Translations under genes and position numbers: made by a program
From: Nitrospirales bacterium
GTDB taxonomy: Bacteria; Nitrospirota; Nitrospiria; Nitrospirales; UBA8639
Assembly (NCBI GenBank): GCA_965203295.1
Contig: CBDBCZ010000012.1
Coordinates: 128,001 to 192,000 of the forward strand
Direction of reading: 5' to 3'
Length of the DNA stretch: 64,000 bases
In this document: positions 37,540-50,764 of the stretch, in pieces
Numbering within the stretch: the stretch's first letter is position 1
How the letters are laid out: each line of letters begins with the position of its first letter
Notes under the pieces: generated by a model
Told to the model about the DNA's origin: nothing
Database searches by the model: none
The model's input: the letters and a program-made list of their open reading frames with translations, nothing else

Positions 37540-38142
37540 CCGTAGATCGGGAAATTTTCGTCGTTAAAAATATTTCGTCGGTGAGCTCTAAGTCGAAAAT
37601 TTAACACGTGAAATATTTTCAACGTCGAATACTAAGATCGTTGAATAATTTTCACACTTCCACGTGAAGAGAAAGTAGCCAGAAGTGGAGAAATGATGGC
37701 TCTGCTGCGGTATTTGAAACCAATCGGTTGTGTTCCAGATCCTAGAAAGTCGCTGTCTCGCTTCTCAAGCAATCGCGGAAGCGAACAAACAAGTGGAGCA
37801 AGTATTGACTGAAGGCTCTAGGCGTAGTTCGCGCAGCATAGGCGTCGGTTGCATTCCCACGCTCCCGCTGACACGCTAGGTCCTCTCCAATGGCCGCTTC
37901 CCAAAGTTCTCGGTAGATATGGTATCCCCTAACACACGACTCCTTTCGAAAGCTCTCCATTTTCTTTTCGCACGTGTGTGATCCGTGTACGTATATGGAT
38001 TACGTTCTGCATACGCTACTCGCAACTCGTGTAGAAAAAATCGTACCGTTTAAATTTCGTCTGTTACTGAACCGACGAAAAATAATTACGCGAAAATTTA
38101 ACAGATGAAAGTTTCTACTGCTGAAAATTTCCCGATCTACGG
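37540..38142. mobile_element. pogo-type deletion derivative (603 bp) with transposase-like N-terminus (+) and HIRAN-like N-terminus (-)
   Basis: TA-flanked TIRs CCGTAGATCGGGAAATTTTC / GAAAATTTCCCGATCTACGG. The + strand from 37693 reads MMALLRYLKPIGCVPDPRKSLS/SQAIAEANKQVEQVL. The - strand from 37960 reads MESFRKESCVRGYHIYRELWEAAIGEDLACQRERGNATDAYA. Confidence 0.9.
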
Positions 38143-41100
38143 TACCTCTTTATACCTGTGTATACCTTTGTATGCATGTGCATACGTATGTATACCCACG
38201 TATAATTTTGTATACCAGTGTTTACTCGTGTATACGAATGTAGATATCCGTGAATACCTCTGTGCATTTGTATGCTTGTGTATACTTGTGTAAACATGTG
38301 TACTTGTGTATACTTCTGTAAACCCTTGTATACTTGTGTATACCCGTGTAAACTTGTGAATACCTGGTAATACTAGTTTATACCAGTGTAAGCCTTTGTA
38401 TACCTGTGTTTACTCATGTGTACAGGTGTAGATACCTGTATATGCTTCTTTATACTTTTGTATACTTGTGTATAACTTTGTATACATGTGCACACGTGTG
38501 TATACCCACATATACGTGTGTATACCGGTGTTCATTTGTGTATACAAATGTAGATACCCGTGTATACCTCGTCATACCTATGCATACTTGTGTATGCCTG
38601 TGTATACATGTGCATAGGTGTGTATACCCGTGTATACTTGTGTATACAAATGTTGATACCCATATATACCACTTTATACCTGTGTATACTTGTGTATACG
38701 TGTGTATACATGTGCATACATATGTATACCCACGTATACTCGTGTATACCTGTGTTTACTCATGTATACGAATGTAGATATCCATGAATTACTCTTTGTC
38801 CATTTGTATGCTTGTGTATACCTGTGTAAACATGCGTGTACTTGTGTATACTTCTGTAAACTCGTGTATACTTGAGTATACCCATGTGAACTTGTGAATA
38901 CTAGTTTATACGCGTGTAAGCCTTGGTTTACCTGGGTTTACTCATGTGTACAGGTGTAGATACCTGTGTATACTTCTTTTTACCTGTGTATACTTGTAAA
39001 TATGTGTATACATGTGCATACGTGTGTATACCCGCGTATACTTGTGTATACCTGTGTTTACTCGTGTATGCAAATATAGATACCTGTTATACCTCTTTAT
39101 GCTTGTGTATACTTGTGTATACGTGTGTATACATGTGCATACGTGTGTATACGCGCATGTACTTGTGTATACCTGTGTTTACTCGTGTATACGAATGTAG
39201 ATATCCGTGAATACCTGTTTGTGCGTTTGTATGCTTGTGTATACCTGTGTAAACATGCGTGTACTTGTGTATACTTGTGTATACCCGTGTAAACTTGTGA
39301 ATACCTGGTAATACTAGTTTATACCAGTGTAAGCCTTTGTATACCTGTGTTTACTCATGTGTACAGGTGTAGATACCTGTATATACTTCTTTATACTTTT
39401 GTATACTTGTGTATAACTTTGTATACATGTGCACACGTGTGTATACCCACATATACGTGTGTATACCGGTGTTCATTTGTGTATACAAATGTAGATACCC
39501 GTGTATACCTCGTCATACCTATGCATACTTGTGTATGCCTGTGTATACATGTGCATAGGTGTGTATACCCGTGTATACTTGTGTATACAAATGTTGATAC
39601 CCATATATACCGCTTTATACCTGTGTATACTTGTATGTACGTGTGTATACATGTGCATACATATGTCTACCCACGTATACTCGTGTATACCTGTTTACTC
39701 ATGTATACGAATGTAGATATCCATGAATTACTCTTTGTCCATTTGTATGCTTGTGTATACCTGTGTAAACATGCGTGTACTTGTGTATACTTCTGTAAAC
39801 TCGTGTATACTTGTGTATACCCATGTGAACTTGTGAATACTAGTTTATACGCGTGTAAGCCTTTGTTTACCTGGGTTTACTCATGTGTACAGGTGTAGAT
39901 ACCTGTGTATACTTCTTTTTACCTGTGTATACTTGTATATATGTGTATACATGTGCATACGTGTGTATACCCGCGTATACTTGTGTATACCTGTGTTTAC
40001 TCGTGTATGCAAATATAGATACCTGTTATACCTCTTTATGCTTGTGTATACTTGTGTATACGTGTGTATACATGTGCATACATATGTATACCCACGTATA
40101 CTCGTGTATACCTGTGTTTACTCATGTATACGAATGTAGATATCCATGAATAGCTCTTTGTCCATTTGTATGCTTGTGTATACCTGTGTAAACATGCGTG
40201 TACTTGTGTATACTTCTGTAAACTCGTGTATACTTGTGTATACCCATGTAAACTTGTGAATACTAGTTTATACCCGTGTAAGCCTTTGTATACCCATGTG
40301 TACAGGTGTAGATACCTGTGTATACTTCTTTTTACCTGTGTATAGTTGTATATATATGTGTATACATGTGCATACGTGTGTATACCCGCGTATACTTGTG
40401 TATACCTGTGTTTACTCGTGTATACAAATATGGATACCTGTTATACCTCTTTATGCTTGTGTATACTTGTGTATACGTGTGTATACATGTGCATATGTGT
40501 GTATACGCGCGTGTACTTGTGTATACCTGTGTTTACTCGTGTATACGAATGTAGATATCCGTGAACACCTGTTTGGGCATTTGTATGCTTGTGTATACCT
40601 GTGTAAACATGCGTGTACTTGTGTATACTTCTGTAAACTTGTGTATACTTTTGTATACCCGTGTAAACTTGTGAATACCTGGTAATACTAGTTTATACCC
40701 ATGTAAACCTTTTTATACCAGGGTTTACTCTTGTGTACAGGTGTAAATATGTGTGTATACTTTTTACCTATGTATACTTGTATATATATTTGAATACATG
40801 TGTGAACGTGTGTATACCCGCGTATACTTGTGTATACCTGTGTTTACTCGTGTATACAAATATAACTATTATACCTCTTAATGCTTGTGTATACGTGTGT
40901 ATACATGTGCATACGTGTGTATACGCGCGTGTACTTGTGTGTACCTGTGTTTACTCGTGTATACGAATGTAGATATCCGTGAATACCTGTTTGTGCATTT
41001 GTGTGCTTGTGTATACCTGTGTAAACATGTGTACTTGTGTATACTTCTGTAAACCCGTGTATACTTGTGTATACCCGTGTAAACTTGTGAATACCTGGTA

Positions 41101-44100
41101 ATACTAGTTCATACCGTGTAAGCCTTTGTATACCTGTGTTTACTCGTGTATGCAAATATAGTTACCTTTTATACCTCTTAATCCCTTTGTATACTTGTGT
41201 AAACGTGTGTATACATGCGCATATGTGTGTATACCCACGTGTACTTGTGTATACCCGTGTTTACTCGGGTATACAAATGTAGTTACGAGTGTATACCTGT
41301 GTGTACTTAAGAATACCTGTGTATACATTTGCGTACTTGTGTATATCTTCAGATACTTGTGTATTCCTGTTTACTCGTGCATACAAATGTAGATACTACT
41401 GTATACCTGTATATCTGTGCATACTTGTGTATATCATTATATACATGTGCATACGTGTTTATACCCGTGAATACTTGTGTATACAAATGTAGTTGACCAT
41501 GTATGCTCGTGCATACAAGTGTAGATACAATTGTATACCTGTATATATCTGTGCATACTTGTCTATATCTGTATATTCATTTGCATACGTGTATATACCT
41601 GCGTATGCTTGTGTATACATGTGTTTACTCGTGTTTGCAAATGTAGTAACCGTGTATACTTGTTTACACTTATATATACTACGTGTATATGTGTGAATAC
41701 GTGTGTATACCTGCGTATACATATGTATACAAAGGTAGATAATAGATATACCTCTTTATACCTGTGTATAACTTTGTATACATGTGCATACGTATTAATA
41801 ACCATGTATCCTTGTGTATACTTGTGTTTACTCATGTATACAAATGTAGATAGCTGTTTATACCTCTTTAAAACAGTCTATACTTGTGTATACCTGTGTA
41901 TACATCTGCATACATGTGTATACCCATGTGGACTTGTTTATATCTGTGTTTACATGTGAATGCAAGAGTATATACCCGTGTATACCTCTTTATACTAGAG
42001 TATTCTTATGTGTATCTGTGTATACAGTGCATACGTGTGTATACGCGCGCGTACTTGTGTATACCTGTGTTTACTAGTGTATGCAAATATTGATGTCCTT
42101 GAATACCTTTTTGTGAATTTCTATGCTTGGTATAACTGTTTAGACAGGTGTGTACTTGTATACTTCTGTAAACCCGTGTATACTTGTGCATACCCGTGTA
42201 AACTTGTGAATGCCAGGTAGTACTAGTTTATACCAGTGTAAGCCTGTGTTTACTCGTGTATGCAAATGTAGATATCCTTGAATACCTTTTTGTGAATTTC
42301 TATGCTTGGTATACCTGTGGATATGTGTGTGAACCTGTGTATACTTGTGTAAACCCGTGTATACTTGTGTACACTTGTGTATACTGTTATATACCTGTGT
42401 ATACATGTGTATACACGTGTAAAGTCATGTATACTTGTGTATACCTGTGTATACCCGTGTAAACTTGTGTGCACCTGGTAATACTAGTTTATACCCGTGT
42501 ATCCATTTGTATACCTGTGTGTAATCATTCAAACACATGTATACTGTGTATACTTATGTATATTTGTGTATATATACCTGTGTAAACTTGTGAAAACCTG
42601 GTAATACTAGTTTATATCAGTGTAAGCCTTTGTATACCTGTGTTTACTCATATGTACAGGTGTAGATACCGGTGTATACTTCTTTATACCTGTGTATACT
42701 TGTGTATAACTTTTTATACATGTGCACACGTGTGTATACCCACATATACGTGTGTATACCGGTGTTCATTTGTGTATACAAATGTAGATACCCGTGTATA
42801 CCTCGTCATACCTATGCATACTTGTGTATGCCTGTGTATACATGTGCATAGGTTGTATACCCGCGTATACTTGTGTATACAAATGTTGATACCCATATAT
42901 ACCACTTTATACCTGTGTATACTTGTGTATACGTGTGTATACATGTGCATACATATGTATACCCACGTATACTCGTGTATACCTGTGTTTACTCATGTAT
43001 ACGAATGTAGATATCCATGAATAGCTCTTTGTCCATTTGTATGCTTGTGTATACCTGTGTAAACATGCGTGTACTTGTGTATACTTCTGTAAACTCGTGT
43101 ATACTTCTGTATACCCATGTAAACTTGTGAATACTAGTTTATACCCGTGTAAGCCTTTGTATACCCATGTGTACAGGTGTAGATACCTGTGTATACTTCT
43201 TTTTACCTGTGTATAGTAATATATATATGTGTATACATGTGCATACGTGTGTATACCCGCGTATACTTGTGTATACCTGTGTTTACTCGTGTATGCAAAT
43301 ATGGATACCTGTTATACCTCTTTATGCTTGTGTATACTTGTGTATACGTGTGTATACATGTGCATATGTGTGTATACGCGCGTGTACTTGTGTATACCTG
43401 TGTTTACTCGTGTATACGAATGTAGATATCCGTGAACACCTGTTTGGGCATTTGTATGCTTGTGTATACCTGTGTAAACATGCGTGTACTTGTGTATACT
43501 TCTGTAAACTTGTGTATACTTTTGTATACCCGTGTAAACTTGTGAATACATGGTAATACTAGTTTATACCCATGTAAACCTTTTTATACCAGGGTTTACT
43601 CTTGTGTACACGTGTAAATATGTGTGTATACTTTTTACCTATGTATACTTGTATATATATTTGAATACATGTGTATACGTGCGTATACTCGCGTATACTT
43701 GTGTATACCTGTGTTTACTCGTGTATACAAATATAGATAACTATTATACCTCTTAATGCTTGTGTATACGTGTGCATACATGTGCATACGTGTGTATACG
43801 CGCGTGTACTTGTGTGTACCTGTGTTTACTCGTGTATACGAATGTAGATATCCGTGAATACCTGTTTGTGCATTTGTATGCTTGTGTATACCTGTGTAAA
43901 CTTGTGTACTTGTGTGTACTTCTGTAAACCCGTGTATACTTGTGTATACCCGTGTAAAGTTGTGAATACCTGGTAATACTAGTTCATACCGTGTAAGCCT
44001 TTGTATACCTGTGTTTACTCGTGTATGCAAATATAGTTACCTTTTATACCTCTTAATACCTTTGTATACTTGTGTAAACGTGTGTATACATGCGCATATA

Positions 44101-47100
44101 TGTGTATACCCACGTGTACTTGTGTATACCCGTGTTTACTCGGGTATACAAATGTAGTTACGAGTGTATACCTGTGTGTACTTAAGAATACCTGTGTATA
44201 CATTTGCGTACTTGTGTATATCTTCAGATACTTGTGTATTCCTGTTTACTCGTGCATACAAATGTAGATACTACTGTATACCTGTATATCTGTGCATACT
44301 TGTGTATATCATTATATACATGTGCATACGTGTTTATACCCGTGAATACTTGTGTATACAAATGTAGTTGACCATGTATGCTCGTGCATACAAGTGTAGA
44401 TACAATTGTATTCCTGTATATATCTGTGCATACTTGTGTATATCTGTATATACATTTGCATACGTGTATATACCTGCGTATGCTTGTGTATACATGTGTT
44501 TACTCGTGTTTACAAATGTAGTAACCGTGTATACTTGTTTACACTTATATATACTACGTGTATATGTGTGAATACGTGTGTATACCTGCGTATACATATG
44601 TATACAAAGGTAGATTATAGATATACTTCTTTATATCTGTGTATAACTTTGTATACATGTGCATACGTATTAATAACCATGTATCCTTGTGTATACTTGT
44701 GTTTACTCATGTATACAAATGTAGATAGCTGTTTATACCTCTTTAAAACAGTCTATACTTGTGTATACCTGTGTATACATCTGCATACATGTGTATACCC
44801 ATGTGGACTTGTTTATATCTGTGTTTACATGTGAATGCAAGAGTATATACCCGTGTATACCTCTTTATACTAGAGTATTCTTATGTGTATCTGTGTATAC
44901 AGTGCATACGTGTGTATACACGCGCGTACTTGTGTATACCTGTGTTTACTAGTGTATGCAAATAGTGATGTCCTTGAATACCTTTTTGTGAATTTCTATG
45001 CTTGGTATGACTGTTTAAACAGGTGTGTACTTGTATACTTCTGTAAACCCGTGTATACTTGTGCATACCCGTGTAAACTTGTGAATGCCAGGTTGTACTA
45101 GTTTATACCAGTGTAAGCCTGTGTTTACTCGTGTATGCAAATGTAGATATCCTTGAATACCTTTTTGTGAATTTCTATGCTTGGTATACCTGTGGATATG
45201 TGTGTGAACCTGTGTATACTTGTGTAAACCCGTGTATACTTGTGTACACTTGTGTATACTGTTATATACCTGTGTATACATGTGTATACACGTGTAAAGT
45301 CATGTATACTTGTGTATAACTGTGTATACCCGTGTAAACTTGTGTGCACCTGGTAATACTAGTTAATACCCGTGTATCCATTTGTATACCTGTGTGTAAT
45401 CATTCAAACACATGTATACAGTGTATACTTATGTATATTTGTGTATATATACCTGTATAAACTTGTGAAAACCTGGTAATACTAGTTTATATCAGTGTAA
45501 GCCTTTGTATACCTGTGTTTACTCATGTGTACAGGTGTAGATACCTGTGTATACTTCTTTATACCTGTGTATACTTGTGTATAACTTTTTATACATGTGC
45601 ACACGTGTGTATACCCACATATACGTGTGTATACCGGTGTTCATTTGTGTATACAAATGTAGATACCCGTGTATACCTCGTCATACCTATGCATACTTGT
45701 GTATGCCTGTGTATACATGTGCATAGGTGTGTATACCCGCGTATACTTGTGTATACAAATGTTGATACCCATGTATACCGCTTTATACCTGTGTATACTT
45801 GTGTATGCGTGTGTATACATGAGCATACATATGTATACCCACGTATACTCGTGTATACCTGCGTTTACTCATGTATACGAATGTAGATATCCATGAATAG
45901 CTCTTTGTCCATTTGTATGCTTGTGTATACCTGTGTAAACATGCGTGTACTTGTGTATACTTCTGTAAACTCGTGTATACTTGTGTATACCCATGTAAAC
46001 TTGTGAATACTAGTTTATACCCGTGTAAGCCTTTGTATACCCATGTGTACAGGTGTAGATACCTGTGTATACTTCTTTTTACCTGTGTATAGTTGTATAT
46101 ATATGTGTATACATGTACATGCGTGTGTATACCCGCGTATACTTGTGCATACCTGTGTTTACTCGTGTATGCAAATATGGATACCTGTTATACCTCTTTA
46201 TGCCTGTGTATACTTGTGTATACGTGTGTATACATGTGCATATGTGTGTATACGCGCGTGTACTTGTGTATACCTGTGTTTACTCGTGTATACGAATGTA
46301 GATATCCGTGAACACCTGTTTGGGCATTTGTATGCTTGTGTATACCTGTGTAAACATGCGTGTACTTGTGTATACTTCTGTAAACTTGTGTATACTTTTG
46401 TATACCCGTGTAAACTTGTGAATACCTGGTAATACTAGTTTATACCCATGTAAACCTTTTTATACCAGGGTTTACTCTTGTGTACAGGTGTAAATATGTG
46501 TGTATACTTTTTACCTATGTATACTTGTATATATATTTGAATACATGTGTATACGTGCGTATACCCGCGTATACTATTGTATACCTGTGTTTACTCGTGT
46601 ATACAAATATAGATAACTATTATACCTCTTAATGCTTGTGTATACGTGTGTATACATGTGCATACGTGTGTATACGCTCGTGTACTTGTGTGTACCTGTG
46701 TTTACTAGTGTATACGAATGTAGATATCCGTGAATACCTGTTTGTGCATTTGTATGCTTGTGTATACCTGTGTAAACTTGTGTACTTGTGTATACTTCTG
46801 TAAACCCGTGTATACTTGTGTATACCCGTGTAAACTTGTGAATACCTGGTAATACTAGTTCATACCGTGTAAGCCTTTGTATACCTGTGTTTACTCGTGT
46901 ATGCAAATATAGTTACCTTTTATACCTCTTAATCCCTTTGTATACTTGTGTAAACGTGTGTATACATGCGTATACCCATGTGGACTTGTTTATATCTGTG
47001 TTTACATGTGAATGCAAGAGTATATACCCGTGTATACCTCTTTATACTAGAGTATTCTTATGTGTATCTGTGTATACAGTGCATACGTGTGTATACGCGC

Positions 47101-49443
47101 GCGTACTTGTGTATACCTGTGTTTACTAGTGTATGCAAATATTGATGTCCTTGAATACCTTTTTGTGAATTTCTATGCTTGGTATAACTGTTTAGACAGG
47201 TGTGTACTTGTATACTTCTGTAAACCCGTGTATACTTGTGCATACCCGTGTAAACTTGTGAATGCCAGGCAGTACTAGTTTATACCAGTGTAAGCCTGTG
47301 TTTACTCGTGTATGCAAATGTAGATATCCTTGAATACCTTTTTGTGAATTTCTATGCTTGGTATACCTGTGGATATGTGTGTGAACCTGTGTATACTTGT
47401 GTAAACCCGTGTATACTTGTGTACACTTGTGTATACTGTTATATACCTGTGTATACATGTGTATACACGTGTAAAGTCATGTATACTTGTGTATACCTGT
47501 GTATACCCGTGTAAACTTGTGTGCACCTGGTAATACTAGTTTATACCCGTGTATCCATTTGTATACCTGTGTGTAATCATTCAAACACATGTATACTATG
47601 TATACTTATGTATATTTGTGTATATATACCTGTGTAAACTTGTGAAAACCTGGTAATATTAGTTTATATCAGTGTAAGCCTTTGTATACCTGTGTTTACT
47701 CATGTGTACAGGTGTAGATACCTGTGTATAGTTCTTTATACCTGTGTATACTTGTGCATAACTTTTTATACATGTGCACACGTATGTATACCCACATATA
47801 CGTGTGTATACCGGTGTTCATTTGTGTATACAAATGTAGATACCCGTGTATACCTCGTCATACCTATGCATACTTGTGTATGCCTGTGTATACATGTGCA
47901 TAGGTGTGTATACCCGCGTATACTTGTGTATACAAATGTTTATACCCATATATACCACTTTATACCTGTGTACACTTGTGTAAACCTGTGTATACTTGTG
48001 TACACTTGTGTATACTGTTATATTCCTGTGTATACATGTGTATACACGTGTAAAGTTGTGTATACTTGTGTATACTTGTGTATACCTGTGTAAACTTGTG
48101 TGCATCGTTTTATACCCGCTTATCCATTTGTATACCTTTGTGTAATTATTCATATGCCTCTGTATTTATGTATATACTTGTGTATACCCGTACATATACT
48201 TTTATAGTCGTTTTACGTGTGCATGCTTGTGTAAACCAGTGTGTACTTTTGTGTACTGCCTTCTCTTTTTTCTTTTCAGGAGGGCTTAGCTCATCACTGG
48301 CCTTACTGGCCCAATTTTATGGCTTGCTTGCATCACAAGGAAAGTATACGCTCAGTGATGTGTGTATGTCTTGAATCGGGAACACTAGCGTCCAAACTAT
48401 CAGGACTTTAGCAGTTATCTAGGGATAATAGTAAGTAAGCAAAAGAGTGGTAATGTAGATACCTGTGCATACCTCATATACCTGTGTATACTTGTGCATA
48501 CCTTGTGTATACATGCGCATACGTGTATATACTTGCATAGACCTGTTTACTCGTGTATACAAATGTAGACATGTATCTGAGTATACAAACGCTTCCGTGT
48601 GTGTATTCATGCGTATTTCTGAATACATGTGTATATTTGTGTATACATGTGTACTTGTGCGTATACTCGTCTGTGCTTGTATGCACTTGTGTATACGGGT
48701 GTGTACTTGTGTACTTGATTAAACCCGTATGCATCTTTATTCCTGTGTATTGTTTATACTGGTGTACACTTCTTTATAGCCACATATACAACCTTCTCTT
48801 TTTTCTGGAGGAGATAGCTCATGACTGGCCTTGCTGGCCCATTTTCATGGCATGCTGGTATCACAAAAAGGGCCATAAGCTCAGTGATGTCTGTGTGTCA
48901 TGAATTTGGAACACTAGCGTCCAAAATGAGGCTTACACCTAACCTTTCACATTTAAATACGTGTATATCCTGTTTATAACTGTATAATTGTGTATAACTG
49001 TATACATCTGCATACGTGTTTACCCGCGTATATTTCTGTATACATATATACATTTGTATTAACGTGAGTACTTCGTTTATACCTGTGTGTGCTTGTACAT
49101 ATTTGTGTATACCTGTGTTTACTCGAGTATACTTGCGTTTACTCGCATTTACCGTTAATACCTGTACATACTTGTGTATAATTAGTGTATTTCTATATAC
49201 TTGTGTATGAAGTGTCTACTGTGAAAACTTACCTTTATAGATGTTTATCCAAGTATATTGTGTATACCAGAGCTTCATTGTACACGTGTATTCTCGTGCG
49301 TTGTTATATATACTTGCGCATACCTTGTGTAAATCCGTGTATACTTTGTATACCTGTGTGTACTTGTGTAAATCCGTGTATAGTTGTATATACATTGTTT
49401 ATTAGTGCGTACCTTTAAAAACTAGTGTATAGGTACAACTTTT

Positions 49444-49710
49444 TAAATAGTAAAGTGCAAAAGTTCGCAATGGTTCAGGGACTGATGAATCAGCTGTTTA
49501 TGACACTACAACAGCACGAACATTAAACCTGTAGTTTACTTAGCTGTCTGATGGGTATTCACATTCATTGGGTACTTCAAGAAGCGAGAAATAGAATAAC
49601 TGAGTTCATGGGTATATTCATGGTTTCTTGAAGTTGATGGGTACCTATTTTTGCAGGAAAATTCGTATTTTATGGGTACTTACATTACAAGTTAATTGTA
49701 CTAAAACTCG
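49444..49710 (+). repeat. Non-repetitive module U (left copy of inverted pair)
   Basis: AAATAGTAAAGTGCAAAAG...GGTTCAGGGACTG...TTAGCTGTCTGA...AGAATAACTGAGTTCATGGGTATATT. The reverse complement lies at ~60196-60465. Confidence 0.9.
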
Positions 49711-50470
49711 TGGTACTTGTATTTGAGGGGTCCTTATATTCAGGGAATACTGATATTTGCGGGGTACTTATATTCATGGAGAGTTTGTGTTCGATGGGTC
49801 TTTATATTCATGGGTTCTCTTTTTCAATGAGTCCTCATATTCATGGAATGCTTGTACTTGATGGGTACTCATTCACGGAGTCCTTGTGTTCGATTGGTCC
49901 TTAAATTCAGGAGGTACTTGTATTTGATGTGTCCTTATATTCACAGAGTTCTTGTGTTTGATGAGTCCTTATATTCAGGGGGTACTTGTATTTGATGGGT
50001 CCTTACATTCACGGGGTACTTGTATTTGATGGGTCCTTATATTCACGAGTGCTTGTGTTCGAAAGGTCCTTATATTCATGGGGTACTTGTATTTGATGGG
50101 TCCTTATATTCACGAGTGCTTGTGTTCGAAAGGTCCTTATATTCATGGGGTACTTGTATTTGATGGGTCCTTACTTTCATGGAGTGCTTGTGTTCGATGG
50201 GTCCTTATATTCACGAAGAGCTTGTGTTCGATGGGTCCTTATATTCACGAGATACTTGTATTTGATGGGTCCTTATATTCACGAGTGCTAGTGTTCGATG
50301 GGTCCTTATTTTCATGGGGTACTTGTATTTGATGGGTGCTTATATTCACGGAGTGCTTGTGCTTGATGAGTACTTATAGTCAGAGGGTACTTGTATTGGG
50401 TTATATTCAGGCGGTACTTGTATATGATGGGTAACTTTACTAGTGGGATACTTGTATTTACAGAGTACTT
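49710..50470 (+). repeat. 33/34-bp tandem array (two 17-bp half-units), about 22 copies
   Basis: GATGGGTCCTTATATTCACGGGGTACTTGTATTT-type units start at 49994, 50028, 50061 and 50095. Confidence 0.93.
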
Positions 50471-50764
50471 AAATTTATTGGATTGTATTCAATGGGCAGT
50501 TATGCACACTTTAATTCAAAAATCTTACACGGCATATGAAAAAAAATGCAAATGATCAGGGTAAAAAGAAAAGAAAAGTTATAAAGACAGAAAAAAGAAA
50601 AAGTGGAAAAAATATTTGAAAGCACTTGTTTTTTTTGGTCAAACTATTTTCAATATCTCACTTTCAGAAGTCGAAAAGACGCGACAAAAGCTCCAATAAG
50701 GCTTATGCCATGCCCAGAAATGTTTGCTAGCAAATTACTTTACCCTTCAATTTTAGCGAACTAC

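Larger units (their letters stand above)
33843..49440 (+). repeat. Satellite A (left arm): GTATAC-rich, 12-bp subunits, ~110-160-bp monomers, ~2.87-kb higher-order repeat
   Basis: Subunit TGTGTATAC(C/T)TG. Marker GTAATCATTCAAACAC at ~37068, 42521, 45396 and 47573. Near-identical ORFs recur at 40296/43167/46043 and 41531/44406. Confidence 0.97.

Noticed and set aside
49710..50470. 33/34-bp repeats of CRISPR-like length
   Set aside because: Head-to-tail tandem units with no spacers.
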